Origin: the human T2T-CHM13v2.0 reference genome, Homo sapiens
DNA: 64,000 nucleotides
NCBI RefSeq assembly: GCF_009914755.1
Contig: NC_060932.1
Strand: one strand, 5' to 3'
In this document: positions 25,401 through 37,423 of the stretch, piece by piece
Layout of the letters: each line of letters begins with the position of its first letter
Position numbering within the stretch: the stretch's first letter is position 1
Position numbers and translations under genes: made by a program
The notes under the pieces: model-generated
What the model was told of the DNA's origin: nothing
Seen by the model: only the letters and a program-made list of their open reading frames with translations
Databases searched by the model: none

Positions 25401-27318
25401 TTCCCTATACTGGAAAAGATATCATACTCACAGAATGCCATGAAAAGGGATTTGAACTTCCCCTTTTAAATACATTTCATTGAGCACTTTAAAAAAAAAA
25501 CAGGGCCAAACATATGGATGGTTCCATATTTATATAAACATCCTCCTCCTTCTAATCCTCCCACCTCCCACATATTCTGTTGGTTGATACACTAAACTCT
25601 GCCTTCTGATCTCTCAAGGATAGCGAAAGAGTGTGAAAATATGAAAGGAACCCCTGCTAAGTATTTCATACTTAATGATATTCAGATGTCATTTTGGAAA
25701 AACTACATCCAAACAGCATAACAAAGGGTAGGTAAATTACTTGATACTTGCTCTAGTGAGGCTGTAGAAATAACTGACGTGTATAAGGCCTCAAAGCATT
25801 TTCTTCCTACTCCATATAATTTAGTGCCCATCCATGCAAAAGTATAAGAAGATTCTCCCACCACTTAAATATCTAAGTACATAATTCACCACGTTCAAGT
25901 TCTTAATCATACCTATTCTCATCATACATGGTTCTATCTGCATTATTAATCATGTATCTCCTTACTTTAGTCTTGCATGGGGTATCTTTGAAGTGATGAA
26001 ATGGGAATTATAATAGAGAATCTACAATTTGACAGACATATCAACAATTTTTCTGTTTCAATAATGTATGTGAAATTATATTGGGCATTATAGTTACATA
26101 TGAAAAGCCACAGATACTCAGTACAGTGTAAAATTATGTGGTGCTGTGAAACTATCCTTTAAGTGTGTATATCTCACATGTTGTTTATAACGAACATTTT
26201 GTTCAAAGATATGTTGAAGGGATATTTCTTGTTGGTTACTTTTTAATGTTCACATATATTGTGAATTGTGGTTCTTTTTGAAAGATCAGTCACTTTGCTT
26301 AAATAAACAAGTTTCAAATTAGTTCCTTTCCATTAATGAGTAGAGTCCAATTAAAGAGAACTTTAAAAAACTTAAGTCTCTTTCACACCTTTGCCAGCAA
26401 AAAAAAAAAAAATTATATTCAGTACTTGGTATTCATTCACTTAGGAGCCCCACTATCCTAGAGACTTGGGCATATTGCCAAAGAGTAAGGCAGATGTAAC
26501 CTGAGCTCACAGTTTATAAAATCGTGAATTAAGGAAATAGTAGCCACAACTTGGCAAAGTCACTGAAATTATATACAAATATAATGCTGACATAGATTTC
26601 CCTCTCTAAAACCTTGAAGGCTTTGTAAACTTGAAGTATATTACCTATGCCAACAGCCCAATTGTTCTGAAATGACACCACCCATGTTTTCTCGGCCTAA
26701 AATTTTCTGCTTCCTCCTTACTCCCAGTCTCAGATAGGTTACTTGCCCTCATCACATACTCTCTAGTGTCATATAATTTGACCTGGTAATGCTTATTTTA
26801 CTTATAATTACTCTCTCTATACCTGTATTTTGGCCATTTGTCTAGACCCCATACCACGTGAAGAAAGGGCTTGTGACTGCTGTGTTTACCACTGTGTTTA
26901 CCATGTCCAGTATGGAACCTGCCAGAAAGAAAAATCATCAAGAGATTGTTAAATAGAGTTAACTGTCTCCATTATAGCATGTCTGAAAGATGCTGAGATA
27001 ATAGGTTCTGGGTACTTTGGTTTCTGATGTTTTAAGTTAATACATGGATAGAAATTAAGGACTAGCAAGATTGCTAGTGAAGACCTCCATTAAATAGTTT
27101 ATCTCAATTGCCAGATGTTTTAAAATTGCCTTATGCAGGTGCTGGATAGACAACATAACATCTGTTGATTTAATTAGAATAAGTTTAACATCTTTGAACT
27201 TCAGTTTTTTTTCCTTGTAGAATTATGGGATTGATTGAAACACTAAGTAAATTTCCTTTCAGTTTTAGAATTCTGTAATAATTTTTATGTTGCCTTTCTG
27301 TACATAATTAAATATTCT

Positions 27319-27460
27319 TGTATAATACTCAAATTTTTGTACAGCTCCAGTGAGCTCTTGTCTAAGCATAGATGTCATCAGAACCAGAGAACTATTAGAG
27401 TTTACATACTTAGAGCCCAATGTCCAGAGAATTGAATTAAGGAATCTTTGAAAGTAAAAG
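27319..27460 (-). repeat. Right arm of the unassigned inverted repeat
   Basis: Reverse complement aligns with 25253-25400. Confidence 0.9.
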
Positions 27461-29302
27461 TATAAATAGGTGATCCAAAGACCATTATACCCTCCCACTT
27501 ACAGAGTACTTACTGTTTCAGTTCATTACATATTCTAAAGACAGATTTTATTTAAATGTTTAACATTACACCAAGCATCCCCTGTTATTAATGTCTTAAC
27601 ACTGACTCTCAGCAAGTTTGTTTCTAATTTTGCTCTTTAGTCTACTTCTAAACCCTTTTCCCATGTTGGTTTTTTATGTTTGAAAATGGATATCAGATTA
27701 TCATATTTTCTATAAAATCTTCACTTATGTCCTCCAGAATAAAATTTCTCATGTAATAATACTTTTTTATATGGACATAATTTATAATAATACTAATTGT
27801 GTCCTTCAGCTTACAAATATGCCCATCACACTTGCCATTTCTGTTCATTTTCAACAATATATAAATGTCATTTAAAAACTTGAAACTAACAAATTTACAT
27901 GTATCTCCTTTGTTCTATCTCAATTTTTTTTCTTTTGAATACCCACATATACACATACTTGCATGCATATATGTTCAGAATTCATGCAATACTTCTGTAT
28001 TCTTCCCTTTTGATTAACATTATTTTAAAAATACTTCCTAGATTACTTATAACTATATTTTTCCCATAAATTAGACTTGATCAGTATGTAAGCTATATAT
28101 TATTTAACTATTTTTCTTTATAGTTATACCTTGGTTGTCAGTTTGTGTTTTTGTTATACAGAAACAGATACTTCTGTTTCATAATTTGTTTTCTTGTATC
28201 AAATAATTAACTACTCAAGGATATTTCCTACTAGATGAAAATGTTGGGTCATGGATATATATCTTTCTAAAAGCATAACGTAAATTCAGAAGATAATAAT
28301 ATAGGCATAAAGTGCACTTTACTAAAATGTAGGGGCATTTAAGGGCTCACTAATACTGTTGCAAAATAGTAGCTCAAGTACACTTTTGTGGAAATATTTT
28401 TTAAAAAACAAACTAAATGAATTTTAATTTTGTTGGTTTCAACCAATGCTATAATTTATTGTGATCAATTTTAATTTTGAGTGCATTGTTAAAAAAATTA
28501 TTTGTAGAGAAATTTTCTTCATTCAACTAATATTTACTGATAATCTAAGTCCTAGAGTTACAGTACAAAAAATACAAAAATACTTTTCTTCATATATTGT
28601 ACTTTCTGACAGGCAGAGATAGATATTAACACATTTTATGGATAGCAAAAAGCAGTTAGAGAGTAATTCTCAAAAAATATTAGATAAATACCTTTTCCCT
28701 AAAAACAGGAGTGATATTAGAACAACTGGTATAACATGAAAAGTGAATGATCATTTAGTCATAGGCTATTAACAGTGTTTACCAGTTGACTATAAGCTCT
28801 GCCTGTATATATTTACAAATATGCATTTTAAGAGTCATTAGAAGTAATTTTTTCCCCAAAAAATGAGTAAAAATACAACACAGGGATCAAATAACTCTTT
28901 ATAAGACTTTTTTTCATCATAAATTATATACAATGCAATTTAAACCACTACTTGCATCGCAATTCACAAAGAATTTATACCCTTGAAATTTTATCTCATT
29001 ACTGAAAAGTTTTGAGAGGGATAAGGTTAAGGTGTGGAAGTAAATGTATTGCTGGGTACCTTCCATGTACTTTTCTCAGTATTGGCTATTTACTTGTAAA
29101 ATAATGTATATTTCACAAAATTGCTTCTATAAAACTTCCTGAAAAATATTAAAGGACAAAATAATAATCACCACATTTTCACAACAGATTTAGGAAAAAT
29201 AAGTTTTCAAAAATTTTTATTTTGTAATTTGATGAATGTTAAAAATGCATTCCTCTTATTTTCTCTCTTTTCCACTGTTTGGAGATGTCTTTGACTTATT
29301 CA

Positions 29303-29469
29303 GACCAATATTTCTCATATTTTAACGTGCACGAAAATACATTTGGGATTGTATTAAAATGTGTAATCTCACTCTGTAATTCTAAGGGGAAGCCTAATAT
29401 TTTCATTGTTAATAAGTTCCATGTGATGACAATGCTGCTGGTACTATGGATTCTATTTTGAATAGCAAG
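29303..29469. mobile_element. MER5B-like hAT MITE
   Basis: tttctcatattttaacgtgcacgaaa...gtgatgacaatgctgctggt...tttgaatagcaag. Confidence 0.7.
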
Positions 29470-30459
29470 TGTCAAGACAGACTGGCAATAAAAGTGAAAG
29501 CAAAAACTTTTATTTTGTAACTCTCATGTGGTTAAAAACAGTATTCATTATCAAATCAAAATCAACTTTTATAGAAGGAGTAATGTCCAGTATGTTGTAG
29601 AATAACTTTTAAGGTAATCAAATACCTTGCCTTCACTATAGCATTTGATTACCCGTAAGTGCCATTTATTGGTCCATTGGCTCTTTTATGAACTTTACTC
29701 TCATAAAAACTCAACCTAAACGAAGAAAAAAAGAGGAAACAGTCTGGTTAACTCTACTGTAAGTGTTCCTCCCACAAATGTGTTTTCAACTGCGACAGAT
29801 TTAATGTTTCGTAACATTATTCTTTTATGTAGGTGGAACATTTCATTTTTATCCTTTTACTGTCTTCCCTAGTAATATTTTTAAAAGTCAGACTAAAGTT
29901 GAGTTAGACTTTGTAGGCTGAAAAAGTTAAGATATAAATTTTAACAATTGATTCTCACAATTTCTTAATTTGTTATTTCCATAATTTTTGGAAGCTTAGT
30001 TTTGCTATTTAAAAAATTAGGTATAATACCTGAAAATCAATAATAAAGTATGTTAATTAATCAATGCTAAGGTTTGAATTGAAATTATTTCCAATCGATA
30101 ACTCATATTCAATTGAACTTATATGCAATTAATAATTCCTATTCAATTGATAACTGTTCATATATTTGGGCTTATATATCTCTGATTATTTCTAAACAAT
30201 ATCATAGTTGATGCTATTGTGTCATGCAAGTAGTGATTCTAAGATTCCTTTTAATAATGTCTTGACTGTATAATAAAAAAGTGTATTTTAAAAATACATA
30301 AAATGTTCCTAGAAATTAAAAACATGATTGTTCAGATTAAAAAATAATAAAACCTTGCATTTATAAAAAAGTAAACTAATAATTATAAAGTAGAATATTA
30401 ATTATAATATGCTAATATTAATGTTAGAATATTAATTATAAAAATATTTACATGATATA

Positions 30460-30710
30460 ATAAGAAGCTAGATATTAACTCCACTATATAGATAATTAAA
30501 TGTAAACAGACTATAAACATCAATGAAAAAATAAAGACAGTCAGATAGGACAAAGAAAATCCTCAATCATAAGCTGTTTATAAGAAACACTTATATTCAA
30601 GGATTAAGAAAAGTTGAGAAGGAAAAGATAAAAAAATGCAACTTGAAAATAAAAATTAAATGCATTGTCTAATAGCAGACAATGTATATTATAAGGCAAT
30701 AAGCATAATT
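30460..30710 (+). mobile_element. Ancient L1M fragment at the ORF2 endonuclease start
   Basis: attaaatgtaaacagactataaacatcaatgaaaa...gctgtttataagaaacact (LNVN.L / C.L.ETH-like). Confidence 0.6.
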
Positions 30711-30716
30711 TTTTAC

Positions 30717-31094
30717 TAAGATTTTACTCTACTTTTAGGCTGTTAGCCACAATTTGACGGTTGCTGACAGAAGACTCCAGACTTCTGAGTTAGATAAAAA
30801 GATCAGAGTATCATCACAGCAGTAGCAGTAGCCAGAATTTCCACATTTTCATATTGACAGCTGCACATACAGTAGGTTCTATTACTACAGTAGATCTTTC
30901 CAAGCTAAGGGAACCTGATACCTTTATAATAGGCACAAGCACACATTCCCTTTGCCCCAGAGGAAGGCTATCTTCCAAAGTCTGTTACTACAAAAAATAT
31001 CCTTGGAAAGATAGTTCCGAATAAAGGCAGTCAATGTTGTTGCTCAGAAGACATGCAGAAATGTGAAAAATTCATAGAGAATCTTCTTCCAATA
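30717..31094 (-). mobile_element. LTR40-type ERVL LTR, the 3' LTR of a provirus
   Basis: Reverse strand begins tattggaagaagattctctatg...catttctgcatgtctt...actatctttccaaggat; preceded by a polypurine tract gaaaatgaggggtgga. Confidence 0.8.
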
Positions 31095-31367
31095 TTATCC
31101 ACCCCTCATTTTCACATCTTGGCTCCTGGAAATTTTTCCCATGAATACATTGTCAAATTAATCACCAGTTAAATTAATCTTACTGACAGACACTGGCATC
31201 GAATCTTTCCAGTTTGTCTCATATAGAATTTACTTAAGCAGCTAACAACATGACTCAAAGCAGAATGATGATGTCAGCCTGCACAATAGATATCAACCCA
31301 TGCCCTTTAGAAGCCCAGACTTAACCAGCTGAACAAAATTCCTTAAACGTTATGACCTTAGAAAGGA

Positions 31368-31558
31368 AGCTAAGTGCCAGTCTCTATAAGTTTCTGCATT
31401 GACATTTCTGCTAGGCTGGAAACATTAATTCAAGCAGAGCAAGATGTATTCATGATTACATAGCTTCTACTAGAACACAAGGAAGAATTCTAGGGCAATT
31501 CTACCACTTATAACAACCTTGGCCAATAATTTTCAGGCTGACCTGAATGCTTTTCAAT
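31368..31558 (-). pseudogene. env: Retroviral env TM ectodomain remnant (immunosuppressive domain, CX6CC region)
   Basis: LKSIQVSLK/LLAKVVISGRIALEFFLVF**KLCN/NTSCSA*INVSS matches the SLAxVVLxNRIALDFLLAxxGGVC...NTSCCxWIN pattern; contains stops and frameshifts. Confidence 0.75.
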
Positions 31559-32483
31559 TTCAGGATGATGTTTCTTTTAATAACTTGAAGATACCTTATG
31601 ACCACCACTAGAAGGCAAGTCATTATCATTTGGTTAGGAAGCAAGTAATGCCTGAGTTCATACAAGTTCAGTCTCTGGGGATGCAAATGGTGTATCTATG
31701 GAATGAAAATGTTGACTCCAGTGTGACCTCAAGTTCAGCTAACACGTGTGACGATTTTCTGTCAGCTTAAAGAAACTGGGTTTCTGGGTTTTCTGGGTCT
31801 GATTCTTTTTTTAAGGAGAAATGCCTGGAGCCAAACTAAATGGTTCGACCATGCCACCAGCCAGGTGGTATTCATCTGCTCTATGGAGCGTCTAGGCAGA
31901 GAATGTATAAATGGGGTGGAAAATATATCCAGACGTGTTGACAGATGTTTTTCATGGGAGGTGCAGGAGCTGGGGACATTTCCTGCTGTTTTTGACTGAC
32001 TTATCTCTACATTTAAGCGGACTTTCAAATTGTGGTGAAAGTCTTCGGCAGGGAATAGTAGATACAGCAGTCATTTAAATTAACACACTAGTAATGTTTA
32101 GTAGAGATGCATTTAGGCATGTTTCCTTCATGAAGAAAGCTCTAGGAACAGTTTAGAAAGAGAAAGACCACTAATGTCCCTCCCTACCTTCCTGTACCTG
32201 GTGGAAACTAAGTTATTTTCTCACCAGGTTCTGCATTACTGCTCTCTCTCCGCTACCTCAAAAATAGTGCACCCCATTCCAATAGCCATAACTTCATCTT
32301 TTCACCAATATTCCATAGTCATAGCCAGACCTTTTACACAGAGTCAGGTATAAGAATAATTTTTAAAAACTTACAAGGACATATTGTGTCCCCCACTTTG
32401 ACCTGTATGGGCCACAGTAGGAAAAAATAGCAAGCAGTAAATTCAACTAAATGGTAATGGGCATTATGATCTAGGATGATATC

Positions 32484-33824
32484 TGTGATGGTTAATTTTA
32501 GGTGCAAACTTGATTGGATTAAGGAAGACAGAGAGAGCTGGTAAAGCATTACTTCTGAGTGTATGTGTGAGTGTGGTTCCAGAGGAGACTGGCATGTGAA
32601 TTGGTAGATTGAATGGGGAAAATCTGCTGTCAAGGTAGGCAGCACCATCCAATTGAGTCAGGATAAATAAGGTTAGGAGGCCAAACTGGCTTGTCCCCTT
32701 GTGTGAAGCCCAGCAGGCTCTGCATCCCTTGCACCCTCATGCATGACCACCCAATTTTTTGCAAGGTTAGTAACCCTACAGGAAGGATACCGGCAGACAG
32801 CCAGATGGTTACAGGTCCCTGATACCCAGTATGGCCCAGGAAAGAACAAAAGCCCCTTATTCCTGATGTAACTTCCCCAATCACCAGTCCATCAGCACTA
32901 AAAGCCAAAGAAGGTATTAGCTACAAATTCCAACATTTGGGGGCTAGAGACTTCCCTGGGGTCCCACATGCACAGCTAGGCTCAAGGTTTAGCTTATAGT
33001 AAGCTTTTCCTCATTTGAATAGTAAAAAACACACCACTAGGTGGAGATTTTATATGCTAATGATACATATGTTACATGTTAGAGCATGTAGATGCCGAGC
33101 ACATGTTCCAACTGCAGGTCCGCCTTTGCATACTTGACCTTGCCAGTATTTTATGAATATGTATATACAGCTACCATAAAAAGAGATTCCCCTTAAGGCA
33201 CTAGCTGCTGTCTCTCCCTTTGAGCAGCCCACTCTTGCCTCTCAGAGTGTACTTTTGCTTTGCAGTAAACTTCTTTGCTTACTCTTACTTTGGACTTGCT
33301 CTCAAATTCTTAGGTGCAGCAAAGTCAAGAACCTGAACTGGCCTACCAGCAGCACAATAAGCTGCGGGGCTGAATAGAACAGAATGGCAGGGAAAAGACA
33401 ATTTCCACTCTATAGTGCTCTCTGTCTCTCTCTATCTCTCTCTCCTGTTGATGTAACACCCTTTTTTTTTCCTGCCCTTGGACATTAGAACTCCAGTCTC
33501 TTCAGTCTTTGGACTCCAGGACTTAGACTAGGGGCTCTCCAGGTTCTCAGGCCTCTGGCCTCAGACTGAGAATTACATCATTGGCTTCCCTGGTTCTGAG
33601 ACTTTTATACTTGGACTGAGACACACAATCAGCATCCCAGCTTGCAGACAGCCTGTTGTGGGACTTCTCACCCTCTATAATAGTGTGAGCCAATTCCTCT
33701 AATAACCGCCTCTCATCTATCTATCTATCTATCTCTCTATCTATCTATCTACCTACCTATTCAACTATCTATCTATTTTTCTATCTCCTATTGGTTCTGG
33801 CTCTGAAGAATTCTGACTATTACA
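32484..33824 (+). mobile_element. MLT2 (B/C-like) ERVL solo LTR split by an ERV1 LTR
   Basis: tgtgatggttaattttaggtgcaaacttgattgg...(TCTA)n...cctattggttctg...gactattaca. Confidence 0.88.
32654..33354 (+). mobile_element. ERV1-class solo LTR (MER39-like)
   Basis: TG...CA termini, 701 bp, 4-bp TSD caat at 32650-32653 and 33355-33358; agtaaa polyA-like signal. Confidence 0.78.
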
Positions 33825-34706
33825 ATGCCAAACCAATAAGAGAACCCAGTGTGGCTGAACCAGAATATACTTGCACCTCCTAAGATTCTTTGTTCATCAG
33901 GTTAATAGAGAGTATAATAACAGGCCAGTCTGGGGTTCCCTTTAGGAGAACAAAAGAAACATCATGCTTGACAATATTCTGTGCAGAATCCCAAATATTC
34001 AAAATTGGTCTGTATATTATTCCCTCATCCCTTTTGTCCAAATCATTACCTAAGAAGTGATTAACATGAAATAACATTTTTAAGTGACTTTTACAATAAA
34101 GGATGCCTAAATGAAAATGTGCCACACAGCCAAGAACACAATATGGATTTGCTTCAAGGACCCTGATATCGGGGTGGGAATCAACTGATTGGATTCAAAT
34201 AGCAACATCATAAATGAAAAATGGTCAACAGTGGTGAATTACTGCAAGTTACTGAGCAATGAGAGGACTTGAAGGGTTCACTGTAGTCAATCTACATTGG
34301 TATAATGCTCTGAAATTGGTATTCCTCACTAGGAAAGAAATGAGTGACTTTTGGCCAGACTCACATATCTGGCATTAAGTGGTAGCCTCTGTGACAGAAA
34401 CAAAGCCATTTATTTTGCATACATTTTATAATGGCGGATGTATTGCCATGTCTAGTGCAGTAATGGATTTAGTTAGCAGTGATAGTAATTTGGGTGGTAC
34501 AGGCATGATCAGCAGCTTGATTCCAGTTGGTCTCTAGATGAATTACTCAGATTGTTTAATTAACAGCCATTTGTTTCTACAGTTTACAGCTTCAGTCTTT
34601 AATCTGCTAGTTTGTAGTTTTCTAAGTGTCAGAGTAAACATCTAGGCTACTAACAACAGACCAATACTCAGTAAAAATATAACAATGTTTATCAAAGGGA
34701 GTTCTG

Positions 34707-35045
<339 letters not shown>

Positions 35046-35764
35046 TTATGCCTACTCAGTAGAGATACCACATTTGTTTTTAGTTCTGCATATTTGGTGG
35101 TAAGAATGAAAAGCTACATCAAACAAATACACACCATTGTAGGTTAGATAGCTGAACCATCAGTAATCTAGGTCAACCTTTTTAAGGGATACCTTATGAA
35201 TGAAAGGTGCAGTGGGGCCAGCGGCTTTGCTTCATGTAATTGAGAAACTTTTCCCCAAGGGGAAAACATCCACTTTTTCATGTAAAGACAAAATTATATT
35301 GGGGTTAGACCAGTTGAATTTTGGACTATACCATTTCCATTTGACAAATTAGATAGATGGGGACTTCCTACCTTATTAGTTCTTGAGTCTCCATTGACTC
35401 ATCCTGATAGGCAGTATCAGGCAGGAGAGTTGCAAAGCCTCTGTGGATCAAGTCTTCAGCTTCAGCAAAAGCCCAGTAGCAACCAAGTAGGTGCTTTGCA
35501 AGAAGAGTACAGGGAGCAGTCATATTAGTCAGATGTAGGATTCAAAAGTCTAAAGGACACTTCCAGCTCGATTTTGCGTCTTTTTGCTAGAGGCTTCAAT
35601 TTGCAAAACTATGCCACACAAACTTGCAATTCAAAAGGTTCTTTAGATTTGTGGGGCCCAAGAGGTACTAGCACTTTTCTATATGTGATTCTTCCTAAGC
35701 AGGAGAATCCCCTCTGGCACTTATAGGATAGGGAAGTGTAAACATATAGCACATCAGCTCCTAC

Positions 35765-36409
35765 TGTGATGATTAATTTTATTTGTCAACATGACTGGAC
35801 CATGGGATTCCAAGATACTTGGTCAAACATTATTCTGTGTTCCTACGGAAGTTATTGAGAATGAGTGTAACACTGAAATTGATAGACCACACAAAGCAGG
35901 TTGCCCTCCCTAATGTGAGTAGGCCTCATCCAATCTGTTGAACACTCAAATATACCAAAAGTCTCACCTTCCCCCTAGTAACAGGGTATTTTTCTTGCCT
36001 GTCCGCCTTGAGCTGGGACACTACGCTTTTCCTGCCTTTGGACTCAAACTGAAACATTGGTTGCCTGTGAATAACCATCAGCTCTCATGGTTATCAGGAC
36101 TTAAAACTCATATTGGAAGTGCACCACCAGGTCTCCTGGGTCTCCAGCTTGCCACCAACAGGTTGTGGGATTTGTTAGCCTCCATAATCATGTGAGCCAA
36201 TTCCTTATGTTATCTTTATACATAAAGTATAAATATATAATGTATGCCTACTGCATAGAGACACCATGTCTATTTTTAATTTTGCATATTTGGTACTGAG
36301 GATGAAGAACTGCATCAGATGAACGTATGCCACTGTGATTTAGATATCTGAAACATCAGTAATCCAGGGTGAGAATTATAAAAATAAATTATATATGCAG
36401 TATGTAGTT

Positions 36410-36446
<37 letters not shown>

Positions 36447-36492
36447 ATCTATCTTATCAGTTCTGTTTCTGTACAGAACCCAGAATATTACA
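35765..36492 (+). mobile_element. MLT2 (B4/D-like) LTR
   Basis: tgtgatgattaattttatttgtcaacatgactgg...ggtcaaacattattctg...(TCTA)n...gttctgtttctgtacagaaccc. Confidence 0.85.
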
Positions 36493-36775
36493 GATTTTGG
36501 CATGAAGAAGTGGGCTGTTTCTGTAACAAGTATCTAAATATGTGTTAACATGGCTTTGGAAATGGGTAATGAGTAGGAGGGTGGAGAGGTTTGGAGTTTC
36601 GTGGTAGTAAAAGTCTAGACTGCTGTGAAGGGACTGTTCGTAGAAATATGAATTATTAGAGATGATTCTCATGAGGTCTCAGAAAGAAAAAACAATATTG
36701 GAGAGAAAGCCTCTATTTTCTTAGAAAATACATATATCCTCATGACCTAAATGTTGGTAGAAATCTGGATTTCAA
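36493..36775 (+). mobile_element. MaLR-type internal sequence, 5' part
   Basis: gattttggcatgaagaagtggg...tggctttggaaatgggtaat...tgttggtagaaat. Confidence 0.7.
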
Positions 36776-36779
36776 AAAC

Positions 36780-37423
36780 CTTTTATTTTAAATTCAGGGT
36801 TAAATTTGTTACATAGGTAAATGTGTGTCATGGGGGTTTGTTATGCAGGCTATTTCATCACCCATATATCAAGCCTAGTACTCATTAGTAATTTTTCCTG
36901 ATCTTCTAGCTCCTCCCACCCTCCACCCCCGATAGGCCCCAGTGTGTGTTGTTCCCCTCTATGTGTCCATGTGTTCTCATCATTTAGCTCTCACTTATAA
37001 GTGAGAACATGCAGTATTTGTTTTTCTATTCCTGTGTTAGTTTGCTAAAGATAATGGCTTCCAGCTCCATCCATGTCCTCCTTTCAAAGGACATGCTCTC
37101 TTTTGGTTTTATTGCTTCATAGTATTCCATGGTGTACATGTACCACATTTTCTTTGTCCAGTCCATCATTGATGAGCATTTAGGTTGATTCCATGTCTTT
37201 GCTGTTGTGAACAGTGCTGCAATGAACATACATGTGCATGTATCTTTATAATAGAACAATTTCTTTTCCTTTGGGTATATACCCAGTGATGAGATTGCCA
37301 GGTCAAATAGCATTTCTGTCTCTAGGGCTCTGAGGAATTGTCCCATTGTCTTCCACAGTGGCTTAACTAATTTACACTCCTACCGAAAGTATGTAAGTAT
37401 TCCTTTTTATCCACAACCTCACT
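36780..37423 (-). mobile_element. L1PA13-16-like 3' end
   Basis: Reverse ORF 37026-37346 gives the L1 ORF2 C-terminus (CTCMFIAALFTTAKTWNQPKC); older L1PA 3' UTR. Confidence 0.93.

Noticed and set aside
37026-37346. ORF with clear protein similarity (also 57704-58006 and 9505-9753)
   Set aside because: These are L1 ORF2 C-terminal or 3' UTR remnants of truncated elements, not genes.
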